From the NCBI GenBank assembly GCA_903928345.1, contig CAIYQO010000273.1, forward strand, positions 4,828 through 68,827: a stretch of 64,000 nucleotides of DNA. The letters are read 5' to 3'. The notes under the pieces were generated by a model, which saw only the letters and a list, made by a program, of their open reading frames with translations, was not told the origin of the DNA and ran no database searches. The translations under genes were made by a program, and so were the position numbers. This document shows positions 38,801-46,672 of the stretch, piece after piece. The DNA comes from an uncultured bacterium. GTDB lineage: Bacteria; Armatimonadota; Hebobacteria; CAIYQO01. How positions within the stretch are numbered: the first letter of the stretch is position 1; the number at the start of each line of letters is the position of its first letter.

Positions 38801-39012
38801 GTGAGCGTCAGCACGGCACCGGGCGCCAGGTCCACGCACACCGCCAGCGCGCCGCGCGTTGGGTCATACTGCGCCGCGTACGTCGTTGCGCCGTCGCTCA
38901 CCGCCGTTACCCCGGCATCGGCGGGGGCATCTAGCCACACGTATTCGCGCTCCCAGCGATGCGCCAACCGTTCGGTGAGTGTCCAGTGCAGGGGGGGCAG
39001 TGTTTTGGTCAT
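35857..39012 (-). CDS. large heparinase II/III-like (polysaccharide lyase-like) protein
   Basis: G.YKES.GY, HWGFD.G...L...G..L.PD.GY, HN.V.F in the C-terminal half; TTGACA-N17-TACCAT upstream. Confidence 0.55.
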   Translation of the reverse strand: MTKTLPPLHWTLTERLAHRWEREYVWLDAPADAGVTAVSDGATTYAAQYDPTRGALAVCVDLAPGAVLTLTPADAAPATSLTVEAQAGVVVFRNAACAVALATETLVRDLGDRWELTGPLAWVMGSDGLPRAGSRLTVAKSRHIPFDRANIARVDPQAIAAEEIPPTVAVEVNARGPVFARYTYTVTMFDGRAYVWTATLFADHPLLYVEETAGLERAGALEIDVTRDFPSDVYIYDGVEDIRDQAFNPLPPAPFYLGSLAPHHTNHQLAYPWLGFGQSRRPQGTFRGIGENEVYPYADTLIFLAHHPWTWEYPGESTLRFEALEGRRAVARGAVARGTRAWCLVVLPRAALLTPYTYPFAGGTRSASILTVWHRKLNDLPLDAVRRMDLTSATPTPDAFPQALLTHAEYAEKAPLFAALAAELGDVLLRDDPGTCFARVFLQHDAAAAQKLAVALLDTYEYKLALVLHTGFLSDAMSAVANRNLGPLAVFFEACVALGALDAAQIDRLRTVMLLFAYASADQALFPSAQNYLSPDHPHSARNWLIMENYSDVFGTPNFQTDVYFNLALFAAVFHTHPQAVAWRDNATAQLRDQLSAHFFPGGVYKESIGYFGHLYHNMLALASVVKRHGGPDLFADPVMQGALETLVDYLGAPRAATVEHLVTGAGADVPRRYWPAIGDTGMNCTEAPVQPLLAHAAWEMRAHNPALAARALAAWRENGAPLWGPYFPQFEFVYLQALQPDVPPLAPTLHSRRFMHVGTLHRADVGRPSETSLFFRGGRATHHWGFDHGHITLISRGSLLIPDFGYYGKDTARDGATQPGYDTKVHNAVMFGAERQSGWSAERQGSERVVRFGDAVDYVVADLSYNRVRTTHWRDIHPVEHVEYFRHLLFARNRYLLVWDRIDFSIYPSWLRLNALASRITVDGPRVRFHGLDGVDLLVTFIAPDAPTFEEGLIGPMRYLLCGQPCERDYLWVAQPLGPGETPFTVTAADHAVHIDGVDLHGTAFADTLLYSKDDFPVTKQGRTLTGRLALLRKEGGADTVEVLDGDGVG

Positions 39013-39161
39013 ACCGTTACCTCGATCAGGGGATAGCTCATGGTAGCAAAGCGACCGCCGACTGTCAATTTACCGTATAACAATTGGAATTTTTACGGAC
39101 AAGCAAGCGTTCACCTGTCCTTTTTTCGCAATCAGGAGTACAATATAGAGGAGGAAGCGGG

Positions 39162-40664
39162 ATGGACATCGCGATGCGTCCAACCGAATGCGGCAACCTG
39201 CGCATCCTGGCCCGACATGGGCGAGGAGCGGTGGATGTTGCGCCCGCCACCCCCAACCACCGGTGGTTCATGGGCACCTTTACCGGCTTGCCCGTGGGCG
39301 TGCCGGTCACGATCCGCCTGTGCATGGCGGGCAACGACCGCGGCGGCAACATCGCCGACTGCCGCAAATGGGTGGGGCTGCGCCCACTGCTCACCTACGC
39401 CGACCCGACTGGCATCGACACCTACCGCTGGTACCGGCGCACGCACGGACGTTGGATCAGCGGCGACCTGCTCGACCCGGTGGATGCCGGCGCCGCCCTG
39501 CTGCCCGCACAGGCGGTGCTATTACCGGAGACGGCGCTGGCGGGGCTCTCCGCCGACGGCACGATCTGGCAACCCTGGCAGGAAATCGACGGCGGTGAAG
39601 CGGACGTCGTCGCGCGCACCTTCACGCTGCGCTTCACCCCCGCGCACGCTACCGCCACGCTGGCCCTGCACGTCCCTTTCACGCCCGCCTATCACACCGC
39701 CCTGCTGGAGCAGTTGCGCGCGGCGGAATTGCCCGGGGTGAGCGTCGATACACTTGGCGCCTCGAGCGAAGGCCGCCCGCTGTGCATGGTGCGCGTGGAC
39801 GACCCGGCCGCCCCTACCCCCCTGCGTCTGGACAACGTGACGCGCGCCGACGGCACCGTGGTGCCGGTGTGGCGCATTCACGACACCGGCGCGCGGCCCC
39901 GCGTGCACCTGCTCATCGCCCGCGAACACGGCAGCGAGCACACGCCGAGTTGGACCCTGCAGGGGGCGCTGCGCCGCCTGCTCGCCGCCCCGCGCCTGCG
40001 CCACAACACGACATGGCTGCTGCTCTTCCTCTACGACCCCGACGGCGCCGCGCACGCGACCTTTCACACCCTGACCGACCGCTTCTTCCCGCATCACAAC
40101 CACCCGCGCTACGGGGATATCACCCCGCCGGAGGTAATCGCCTACGTGCGCTACCTGCGCGCCTTCGTCAACAGCGGGCGCCCGCTGCTCAGCGCCACGG
40201 CCTTCTACGGCCTGGAATGCAACGAAGGCGCGCCGGTGCTCTGCCCCTTCGTGAACCGACAGGAGAAGGAGCTAGTGCTCGACTTCAATGCCGCCTGGTT
40301 CGCCCGCCTGCAAGCGCTGGGCCTGCCCACCGGCCCGCCGCGCCGGCCGTGGGAGGAAGGCTATACGCCTTACCGTCTGCACGGCTGGTGCTGGTACTGG
40401 TACCAGGCACTGGCGCCCGTCTTCGAGATCAACGACCGCCACCCCGCGCACCGGCTCACCATCCCGCAGGTGGAGGAGATCGGCGCCGACTACGTCGCCG
40501 CGCTGACGGAGTTCCTCGACACCCCCGTAGGCCGCGCCCGCGTCGCGGCGACCCACACCTTCCTCGAGCAGCGCACCCGGGAGCGCGACCTCTGGTTCCG
40601 CACCCCCATGTCCGGCACCCCCGACGACCCGACGCTGTACGACCTGCTGTCGATGGGGTATTGA
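39162..40664 (+). CDS. M14 zinc-carboxypeptidase-like protein (divergent)
   Basis: WF..F N-domain, LG.S.EGRPL, AREHGSE, YDPDG; SD gaggagg. Confidence 0.55.
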   Translation: MDIAMRPTECGNLRILARHGRGAVDVAPATPNHRWFMGTFTGLPVGVPVTIRLCMAGNDRGGNIADCRKWVGLRPLLTYADPTGIDTYRWYRRTHGRWISGDLLDPVDAGAALLPAQAVLLPETALAGLSADGTIWQPWQEIDGGEADVVARTFTLRFTPAHATATLALHVPFTPAYHTALLEQLRAAELPGVSVDTLGASSEGRPLCMVRVDDPAAPTPLRLDNVTRADGTVVPVWRIHDTGARPRVHLLIAREHGSEHTPSWTLQGALRRLLAAPRLRHNTTWLLLFLYDPDGAAHATFHTLTDRFFPHHNHPRYGDITPPEVIAYVRYLRAFVNSGRPLLSATAFYGLECNEGAPVLCPFVNRQEKELVLDFNAAWFARLQALGLPTGPPRRPWEEGYTPYRLHGWCWYWYQALAPVFEINDRHPAHRLTIPQVEEIGADYVAALTEFLDTPVGRARVAATHTFLEQRTRERDLWFRTPMSGTPDDPTLYDLLSMGY

Positions 40665-40712
40665 ACAATTTTGGATTTTGGATTGGGGGACGCGACGCTT
40701 GCATAGATGCGC

Positions 40713-40851
40713 ACCCCCACCTCCCTGCCTCCTCCCCCGTAACGTCCTGTGACGGGGGAGGAGATGCCTGTGCTACATGAATGGATCAGCGAGCCGTTTC
40801 TCCCTTCCCCCGTCACAGGACGTTACGGGGGAAGGGCCGGGGATGGGGGGC
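40713..40851. repeat. REP doublet family A copy 3 (preceded by a degenerate family C tract at 40668-40686)
   Basis: same 35-nt core. Confidence 0.9.
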
Positions 40852-40942
40852 CGGCAACAGGAATGCTTGTTCCCCGACCCCCCTATTTCCCCCTTCCCCG
40901 CAAAACGGCTACAATAGGGGTATCTCGCTGTAGGAGTCCGGC

Positions 40943-41827
40943 ATGCGCATTGCCCTGGCACAGATTGATTGCCGGTTGGGAAACCTTCCCGCGAATATTG
41001 CGACGCACCGCGCCTCGCTCACCGCCGTCCAGGCCGAGGGGGGCGCCGATCTGGTGCTCTTTCCCGAACTCAGCCTTACCGGCTACCGCCTACGCAGCAA
41101 TATCTACCGCGCCATGCAGGACGACGCCGCCTTCGCGCAGACCTGGCGCGCGCTGGGCGCCGACGGCCTGCTGCCGCCGACCACCTGCGCCGCCGTGGGC
41201 TACGTGGAGCTGTCGCCGCAGGCGGCCTTGCACAACACCACCGTGCTGCTGCGCGGCGGCGACGACGCGCCGCTGCTGCGCCACCGCAAGGTGTATCTGC
41301 CCACCTACGGGATGTTCGAGGAGGAGCGCTACATGCGCTCGGGCAACACCTTCCGCGCCATCGACCTGACCACCGCCGGCGGCGAACACTGGCGCGTGGG
41401 GGTGCTCTGCTGCGAAGACGCCTGGCACACCTCGGCATGGCTGGTGCAGCAGGCGCGCGGGGTGGATCTGCTCCTCGTCAACTCCGCCTCGCCGGGCCGC
41501 GGGGTGGATTCCGACCGCCTGGGCAGCCAAAAAAGCTGGTACGGCATCCTCTCCACCCACGCCGAGTTGCTGGGGTGCTGGGTGGCGTATTGCAACCGCG
41601 TGGGCTTTGAGGACGACATCCATTTCTGGGGCGGCTCCGCCATCTTCGCCCCCACCGGCGAGCTGACCGCCGAGGCGCCGCTGATGGACGCCGCGCTGCT
41701 GCTGGCCACCCTCGACAAACGCAGCATCGCCACCGCCCGCATCATGACCCCCATCGTCGCCGACGAAAACTGGGACCTGACGCTGCGCGAACTGGGACAG
41801 GCGGTGGGAGAACGGGAATACGAATGA
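40943..41827 (+). CDS. nitrilase-family amidohydrolase, probable stand-alone glutaminase subunit of NAD synthetase
   Basis: FPELSLTGY (E), HRKVYLPTYGMFEEERY (K), LCCEDAW (C), NRVGFED..FWGGS. Confidence 0.85.
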   Translation: MRIALAQIDCRLGNLPANIATHRASLTAVQAEGGADLVLFPELSLTGYRLRSNIYRAMQDDAAFAQTWRALGADGLLPPTTCAAVGYVELSPQAALHNTTVLLRGGDDAPLLRHRKVYLPTYGMFEEERYMRSGNTFRAIDLTTAGGEHWRVGVLCCEDAWHTSAWLVQQARGVDLLLVNSASPGRGVDSDRLGSQKSWYGILSTHAELLGCWVAYCNRVGFEDDIHFWGGSAIFAPTGELTAEAPLMDAALLLATLDKRSIATARIMTPIVADENWDLTLRELGQAVGEREYE

Positions 41828-41900
41828 AAAGTGGAGAATGCACAATGGTGAATTGAAAATGGGGGACGAGATTGCACCTCGCGCGTCCCCATTCTACATT
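41822..41900. repeat. family D heptamer tract, second copy
   Basis: begins gaatgaaaagtg, as at 21854, again overlapping a TGA stop. Confidence 0.6.
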
Positions 41901-41916
41901 TATCGAGGTAGTATCC

Positions 41917-42183
41917 ATGCGCAAATTCCTGCTCGTCATCGCGATCATCTGTGGCCTGGCCGGAGTAGTGCTCTCCAGCGGGTTCGCGGTGACCGACTAC
42001 CTGGCGCTCATGGGCGCCTACGGGCAGTTCGAACATGCCGCCAGTGGGCATGACCTGGCCGCCATCACCATCGCCGCCGCCCGCCAGAACGTCTTTCGCC
42101 TCAACGTCTTCGCCGAAGGCGTATGGGCCCTGCTCTCCGCCATCGTGGCGGCGATCGGGGTGCATGGGATGGGACGGGAATAA
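41917..42183 (+). CDS. small two-TM hypothetical protein
   Basis: SD gaggt, two hydrophobic helices, GC3-rich codons. Confidence 0.65.
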   Translation: MRKFLLVIAIICGLAGVVLSSGFAVTDYLALMGAYGQFEHAASGHDLAAITIAAARQNVFRLNVFAEGVWALLSAIVAAIGVHGMGRE

Positions 42184-42241
42184 CGCTTCCCGGGATGCCA
42201 TGATGCAGGATCACATCGAATTCGAAACGCATACCTGTAAC

Positions 42242-42833
42242 CGACCTGCCGATCAATCGGCAGGCTACCGGCTGCGCCCCCTCAAGGGGGCTTGATAGAC
42301 GTTCGGAGACGTTTATGCCATATTGCCAACTGTTATATCATCTCGTATGGGCAACGAAGCACCGCAATCCGAGTATCCACCCGGATGAGGAGCGGTTGTT
42401 GCATGAATTGATGCGGAACAAAGCGGTGCAACTCGGTGGCAAAGTTTTCGCACTCGAGGGTACGGTCGATCATGCACATGTCGTCACTTCCATCCCGCCG
42501 GCGATTGCCGTCGCGACGTTTGTAGGGAAGGTCAAAGGGTTCAGCACCGCCGAGTTGCACAAGGCCGGATTGGGGCAGAATTTTCTTGGCTGGGAAGCCG
42601 GTTATAGTGCCTTTACCATCGATCCGAGTCGCCTTGATCGATATATCGCCTATGTGCGAAATCAAAAGCAGCATCATGCCGATCACACTACCATCGTAGT
42701 ACTCGAGCGCATTGAAGTACCGCCGTCATCGGTGCACGAGCCGGGACCGACTTATCAGATCGACCCCCTCGCCGACTACCAAAGCCCCATTGATGGGGCG
42801 CAGCCGGTAGCCTGACGATTTATCGTCAGGTCG
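42242..42833 (+). mobile_element. RAYT/IS200-like element with 52-bp inverted double-hairpin ends
   Basis: 42242-42293 is the reverse complement of 42782-42833 except for 5 positions; interior is lower in GC than the flanks. Confidence 0.88.
42315..42815 (+). CDS. tnpA: Y1 HUH transposase (IS200/IS605 TnpA or REP-associated tyrosine transposase)
   Basis: LYHLVWATK.R, DHAH (HUH), VKG.S, W..GYSAFT, YVRNQKQHH. Confidence 0.92.
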   Translation: MPYCQLLYHLVWATKHRNPSIHPDEERLLHELMRNKAVQLGGKVFALEGTVDHAHVVTSIPPAIAVATFVGKVKGFSTAELHKAGLGQNFLGWEAGYSAFTIDPSRLDRYIAYVRNQKQHHADHTTIVVLERIEVPPSSVHEPGPTYQIDPLADYQSPIDGAQPVA

Positions 42834-42880
42834 AAAGAAGCAAACCGGTATATGCCCTTACGAATCATCGGACACTTACT

Positions 42881-43795
42881 ATGACCAACCAACGCAACCT
42901 GCTCGACATCAACGCGGAACTTGTGCATCGCATCCTCACGGAGGCGATTCGGCATACCGGGGAGTCGATCACCGGTCAGGCACGGGGGAAGTGGGTGCTC
43001 AACCTCAGCGGCGGGCTGGACAGCTCGCTGGTGGCCTTCCTCGCCGCCGACGCGGTGGGGGCCAAGAACGTGCGCGCGCTGCTGCTGCCCTACCGCACCT
43101 CGGCGCCGGCCAGCCTGGACGACGCCATGAAGGTGGTCGACGCGCTGGGCATCGACTACAAGGTGATGGAGATCACCGACGCGGTGCACGGGCTGTACCA
43201 CGCCAAGGGGATCGACATCGACACCGCCAGCCTCCGCGCCCGCGGCAACGTGATGGCGCGCATGCGTATGATCTTCGGCTACGAGGAGTGCGAGCGCTGG
43301 GGCGGGCTGATGCTCGGTACCAGCAACAAGACCGAGACGCTCCTCGGTTACACCACCATCTGGGGCGACAACGCCAGCGCCATCAACCTCATCGCCGACC
43401 TGTACAAAACCCAGGTGCGCCAGCTCGCGCGCAGCATCGGCGTGCCGCAGGTGATCCTGGACAAAGCCCCCAGCGCCGACCTGGAGCCTAACCAGACGGA
43501 CGAGAACGACATCGGCTACAGCTACTACGCCGTGGACACCGTGCTGGTGCGTTTCGTCGACCACCTGATGCTCCCGCAGGAGATCAAAGACCACCTGTGG
43601 GCGGAGCAGGGTGACCTGGGCATCGACTGGAACGGCTGCGTGGACAAGCTCTGCGGCATCACCACCCCCGTCTCCATGAAGCCCGGCCTGGTGGATATCA
43701 TGGAATACAAACGCCGCCTCACCCCCATCGTCCCCAAGATCAGCCGCGCCACCATCGAACTCGACTACCGCCCGCCGAAGCAGTGGGGACGGTAG
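42881..43795 (+). CDS. nadE: NAD+ synthetase, synthetase subunit
   Basis: LSGGLDS, GN.MARMRM, GTSNKTE..LGY.T.WGD, DLYKTQV, KAPSADL..QTDE. Confidence 0.93.
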   Translation: MTNQRNLLDINAELVHRILTEAIRHTGESITGQARGKWVLNLSGGLDSSLVAFLAADAVGAKNVRALLLPYRTSAPASLDDAMKVVDALGIDYKVMEITDAVHGLYHAKGIDIDTASLRARGNVMARMRMIFGYEECERWGGLMLGTSNKTETLLGYTTIWGDNASAINLIADLYKTQVRQLARSIGVPQVILDKAPSADLEPNQTDENDIGYSYYAVDTVLVRFVDHLMLPQEIKDHLWAEQGDLGIDWNGCVDKLCGITTPVSMKPGLVDIMEYKRRLTPIVPKISRATIELDYRPPKQWGR

Positions 43796-43817
43796 AAAAT
43801 AGTTGACAAAGGCTTTT

Positions 43818-43968
43818 CTGTAGTCGCCCCCACCCCCAACCCCTCCCCCGTAACGTCCTGTGACAGGGGAGGGGAGAATGGGAAATAGCAGGCTGGCCGA
43901 AACGTCGTCGCCCTTCCCCCGTCACAGGACGTTACGGGGGAAGGGTCGGGGATGGGGGGCGACTACAG
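43818..43968. repeat. REP doublet family A copy 4
   Basis: same 35-nt core; arms ctgtagtcgccccc..gggggcgactacag. Confidence 0.9.
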
Positions 43969-43986
43969 GCAAGGCAGTGAGGTTAT

Positions 43987-44826
43987 ATGCCTGATCCCGG
44001 CACCCTTTACATCGTCGGCACCCCCCTCGGCAATCTCGAAGACATCTCGCCGCGTGCGTTGCGCGTGCTGCGCGAGGTGGATCTGATTGCGGCGGAGGAT
44101 ACGCGCGTCACGGGGAAGCTGCTGGCGCATTTCGACATCCACACGCGGCAGACCAGCTACCACCGGCATAGCACGCCGGAACGGCTGGCGGGGATCGTCG
44201 CACGGTTGCACGGGGGGGAGCGCGTGGCGCTGGTGAGCGACGCGGGCATGCCGGGCATCAGCGACCCCGGTCAGCAACTCATCGCCGCGTGCGTGACGGC
44301 GGGCATCGCCGTGGTGCCGATTCCCGGGCCGTCGGCGGTGATCACCGCGCTGGCGGTGTCCGGCTTCAACACCGACCGCTTCCGCTTCCTCGGCTTCCTG
44401 CCGCGCGGGCACACGGAGCGCCTGGCCGCGCTGCGCGACAGCCTCACCCAGCCCGACACCTGCGCCGCCTACGAATCCCCCCATCGCGTGGCGGAGACGC
44501 TGGCCGACCTGGCCACCCTCGCGCCCGACCACCCCGTGCTCATGGCGCGCGAGCTGACGAAAATGTTCGAGGAGCTGCGCCGCGGCACCGCGCGGGAGCT
44601 GGCCGACGCGCTGGCGGGCCGCGAGGTGCTGGGCGAGATCGTCCTCGTCTGGCCCGGCGGCGGGCTGACCGTCGTGCTGGAAGACCCGCTGCTCCGCGCC
44701 GTCACCCTGGCGCGCGGCTACCGCGCGGAAGGCCTCAGCACCCGCGACGCCGCCGCCCGCGCCGCCGCCGACACCGGCGCGGCCAAACGGGACATCTACC
44801 AGGCGCTGCTGGGGAATGGGGATTAA
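43987..44826 (+). CDS. rsmI: 16S rRNA C1402 2'-O-methyltransferase
   Basis: LYIVGTPLGNLEDIS.RA, AEDTR, SDAGMPGISDPG, YESPHR, RELTK.FEE. Confidence 0.95.
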   Translation: MPDPGTLYIVGTPLGNLEDISPRALRVLREVDLIAAEDTRVTGKLLAHFDIHTRQTSYHRHSTPERLAGIVARLHGGERVALVSDAGMPGISDPGQQLIAACVTAGIAVVPIPGPSAVITALAVSGFNTDRFRFLGFLPRGHTERLAALRDSLTQPDTCAAYESPHRVAETLADLATLAPDHPVLMARELTKMFEELRRGTARELADALAGREVLGEIVLVWPGGGLTVVLEDPLLRAVTLARGYRAEGLSTRDAAARAAADTGAAKRDIYQALLGNGD

Positions 44827-44944
44827 CCACAAAGACACAAAGGCCACAAAGGTATTCTTTTCAATGTTTTGCGCTACCACGCTGACTGATTATTAACTAG
44901 AATACAACAAAAATCTTTGTGCCCTTTGTGTCTTTGTGGTTAAT
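44822..44944. repeat. family B copy 2 (22-bp perfect terminal inverted repeat)
   Basis: attaaccacaaagacacaaagg ... cctttgtgtctttgtggttaat with AT-rich spacer. Confidence 0.88.
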
Positions 44945-44997
44945 TTCTCCTCTCAACCAGCAGGGGATGCGCTGCACGATACGGAATTTTTTTAGCT

Positions 44998-45804
44998 ATG
45001 CGCATCGATGCTCATACCCACGCATTTTCCGAGAAGATCGCCGAGAAGGCGGTGGAGCAGCTTATCCGCTACTACCAGTTGCCGACCTCCTACGGCGGCA
45101 CGCTGGCGGCCCTCTTTGCCCATGCGAGCGAGGCGGGGCTGGACGCGCTGGTGTTGCTGGTGGCGGCCACGCGCGCGGATCAGGTGAAACCGGCGCACGA
45201 CTGGGTGCTCTCCCGCCCGTGGGAAACCTTTCCGCAACGCCCGCGCGTCATCCCCTTCGGCACGTATCATGTTGACGATCCGAATTGGCAGGCGGAGCTG
45301 ACACGGTTGCGCGCGGCGGGCATCGGAGGGATTAAGCTGCATCCGGAGTTCCAGGGGATCGACCTGGCCGACCCGCGGCTGTGGCCCTTCTTCGAGGAGG
45401 TCGCCGGGCGGGAGATCCTCATGATCCACGTCGGCGATCCGCGGGTGAGCGCCGACAACCCCAGCACGCCGCGCAAGGTGGCCGCGCTACTCGACCGCTT
45501 CCCCACCCTCACCGTCATCGCCGCGCACCTGGGCGGCTACTGCTTCTGGGAGGAGGCGCTGGCGCACCTGGCAGGCCGCGACGTCTACCTGGACACCTCC
45601 AGCGCGCTGGCCTTTATCGACCCTTCCCTGCTGCGCCGGCTGGTGGACAAACACGGCACCGCGCGCCTGCTCTGCGGCAGCGACTATCCCCTCGCCTCGC
45701 CGCTCGATGCCCAGCGCTGCGTGGAAGCCCTCGACTGGCTCACCGACGCCCAGCGCGAAGCCATCCTCGGCGGCAACGCCGCGCGGCTGTTCGGGTTAGG
45801 TTAG
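44998..45804 (+). CDS. amidohydrolase family protein (Amidohydro_2)
   Basis: IDAHTH, GIKLHP..Q, H.GD, AAHLGG, DTSS, GSDYP, GGNA.RL. Confidence 0.9.
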   Translation: MRIDAHTHAFSEKIAEKAVEQLIRYYQLPTSYGGTLAALFAHASEAGLDALVLLVAATRADQVKPAHDWVLSRPWETFPQRPRVIPFGTYHVDDPNWQAELTRLRAAGIGGIKLHPEFQGIDLADPRLWPFFEEVAGREILMIHVGDPRVSADNPSTPRKVAALLDRFPTLTVIAAHLGGYCFWEEALAHLAGRDVYLDTSSALAFIDPSLLRRLVDKHGTARLLCGSDYPLASPLDAQRCVEALDWLTDAQREAILGGNAARLFGLG

Positions 45805-46536
45805 CCGCAGGTCGGCGTCCAGCGCCGCCACCGTTTCCGGGGTCCCCACGTCGCTCCATAAACCCACGAGGCGATGCGCGCGCACGCGCTCGCCGGCGTG
45901 GAGCATGGCGTGCAGCGCATCGGTGACTTCATATTCGCCGCGCGGCGAAGGGGTGAGCGCCTGCACGTACGGCCACACGCGCGGGCCGAGGGCGAGCACG
46001 CCGGCGTTGTTCCATGGGGTGGTCGAGGTGCCCGGCGCGGGTTTTTCCACGATGCGCGTCACGCGGTCGCCGTCCAGGTACACCGCGGCGCCGGCAGCGG
46101 GGTCGTCCATGTGGTTCACGCCGATCAGCGCGGCGTCGTTGGGGCGAAAATCAGTTAGCAGCGCAGGGTAGTTCTCCGGGGCGATGAGGATATCCCCCCA
46201 GTGGAGCAGGAACGGCGCGTCGCCGCACAGGTCGGCCACCCGGCGCAGCGCGCCCCCGGTGCCGTCCGGCGGCTCCTGCGTGCGATAGGTGAGGCGCATC
46301 CCCAGCGCGGCGCCGTCGCCGAAGGCCTCCTCGATCATCGCGCCGCGGTAACCGACCACGATGACCGCCTCCGTCACCCCCGCCGCCCGCACCCCATCCA
46401 GAATGCGCGCCAGAATCGCCCGCCCCGCCACCGGAATGAGCGGCTTGGGCCGCTCCGCCGTCAACGGCATCATCCGCGTCCCCCGCCCCGCGGCGAGGAT
46501 CACGGCACGTGTGATCTGTCCAGCTAATATTGTCAT
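45796..46536 (-). CDS. sugar-phosphate nucleotidyltransferase
   Basis: ILAAGRGTRM.PLT..PKPL, GTGGAL, WGD, VEKP, SPRGEYEVTD, WSDVG. Confidence 0.9.
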   Translation of the reverse strand: MTILAGQITRAVILAAGRGTRMMPLTAERPKPLIPVAGRAILARILDGVRAAGVTEAVIVVGYRGAMIEEAFGDGAALGMRLTYRTQEPPDGTGGALRRVADLCGDAPFLLHWGDILIAPENYPALLTDFRPNDAALIGVNHMDDPAAGAAVYLDGDRVTRIVEKPAPGTSTTPWNNAGVLALGPRVWPYVQALTPSPRGEYEVTDALHAMLHAGERVRAHRLVGLWSDVGTPETVAALDADLRLT

Positions 46537-46545
46537 GATGGGGAT

Positions 46546-46660
46546 ACGAACCGCAAAGACGCAAAGGACACAAAGGATACGCGAAGTGTTGGCTATTGCT
46601 GCGCAGCAAAACACCCTTCTTTGCGTTTTCCTTTGTATTCTTCGCGTCTTTGCGGTTCGT
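46546..46660. repeat. family B copy 3
   Basis: acgaaccgcaaagacgc ... gcgtctttgcggttcgt. Confidence 0.85.
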
Positions 46661-46672
46661 CCTTTTCCGTCG

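Noticed and set aside
17569-43968. Family A repeats with unique spacers as a CRISPR array
   Set aside because: Units are inverted pairs dispersed over 26 kb, not tandem direct repeats, and there are no cas genes
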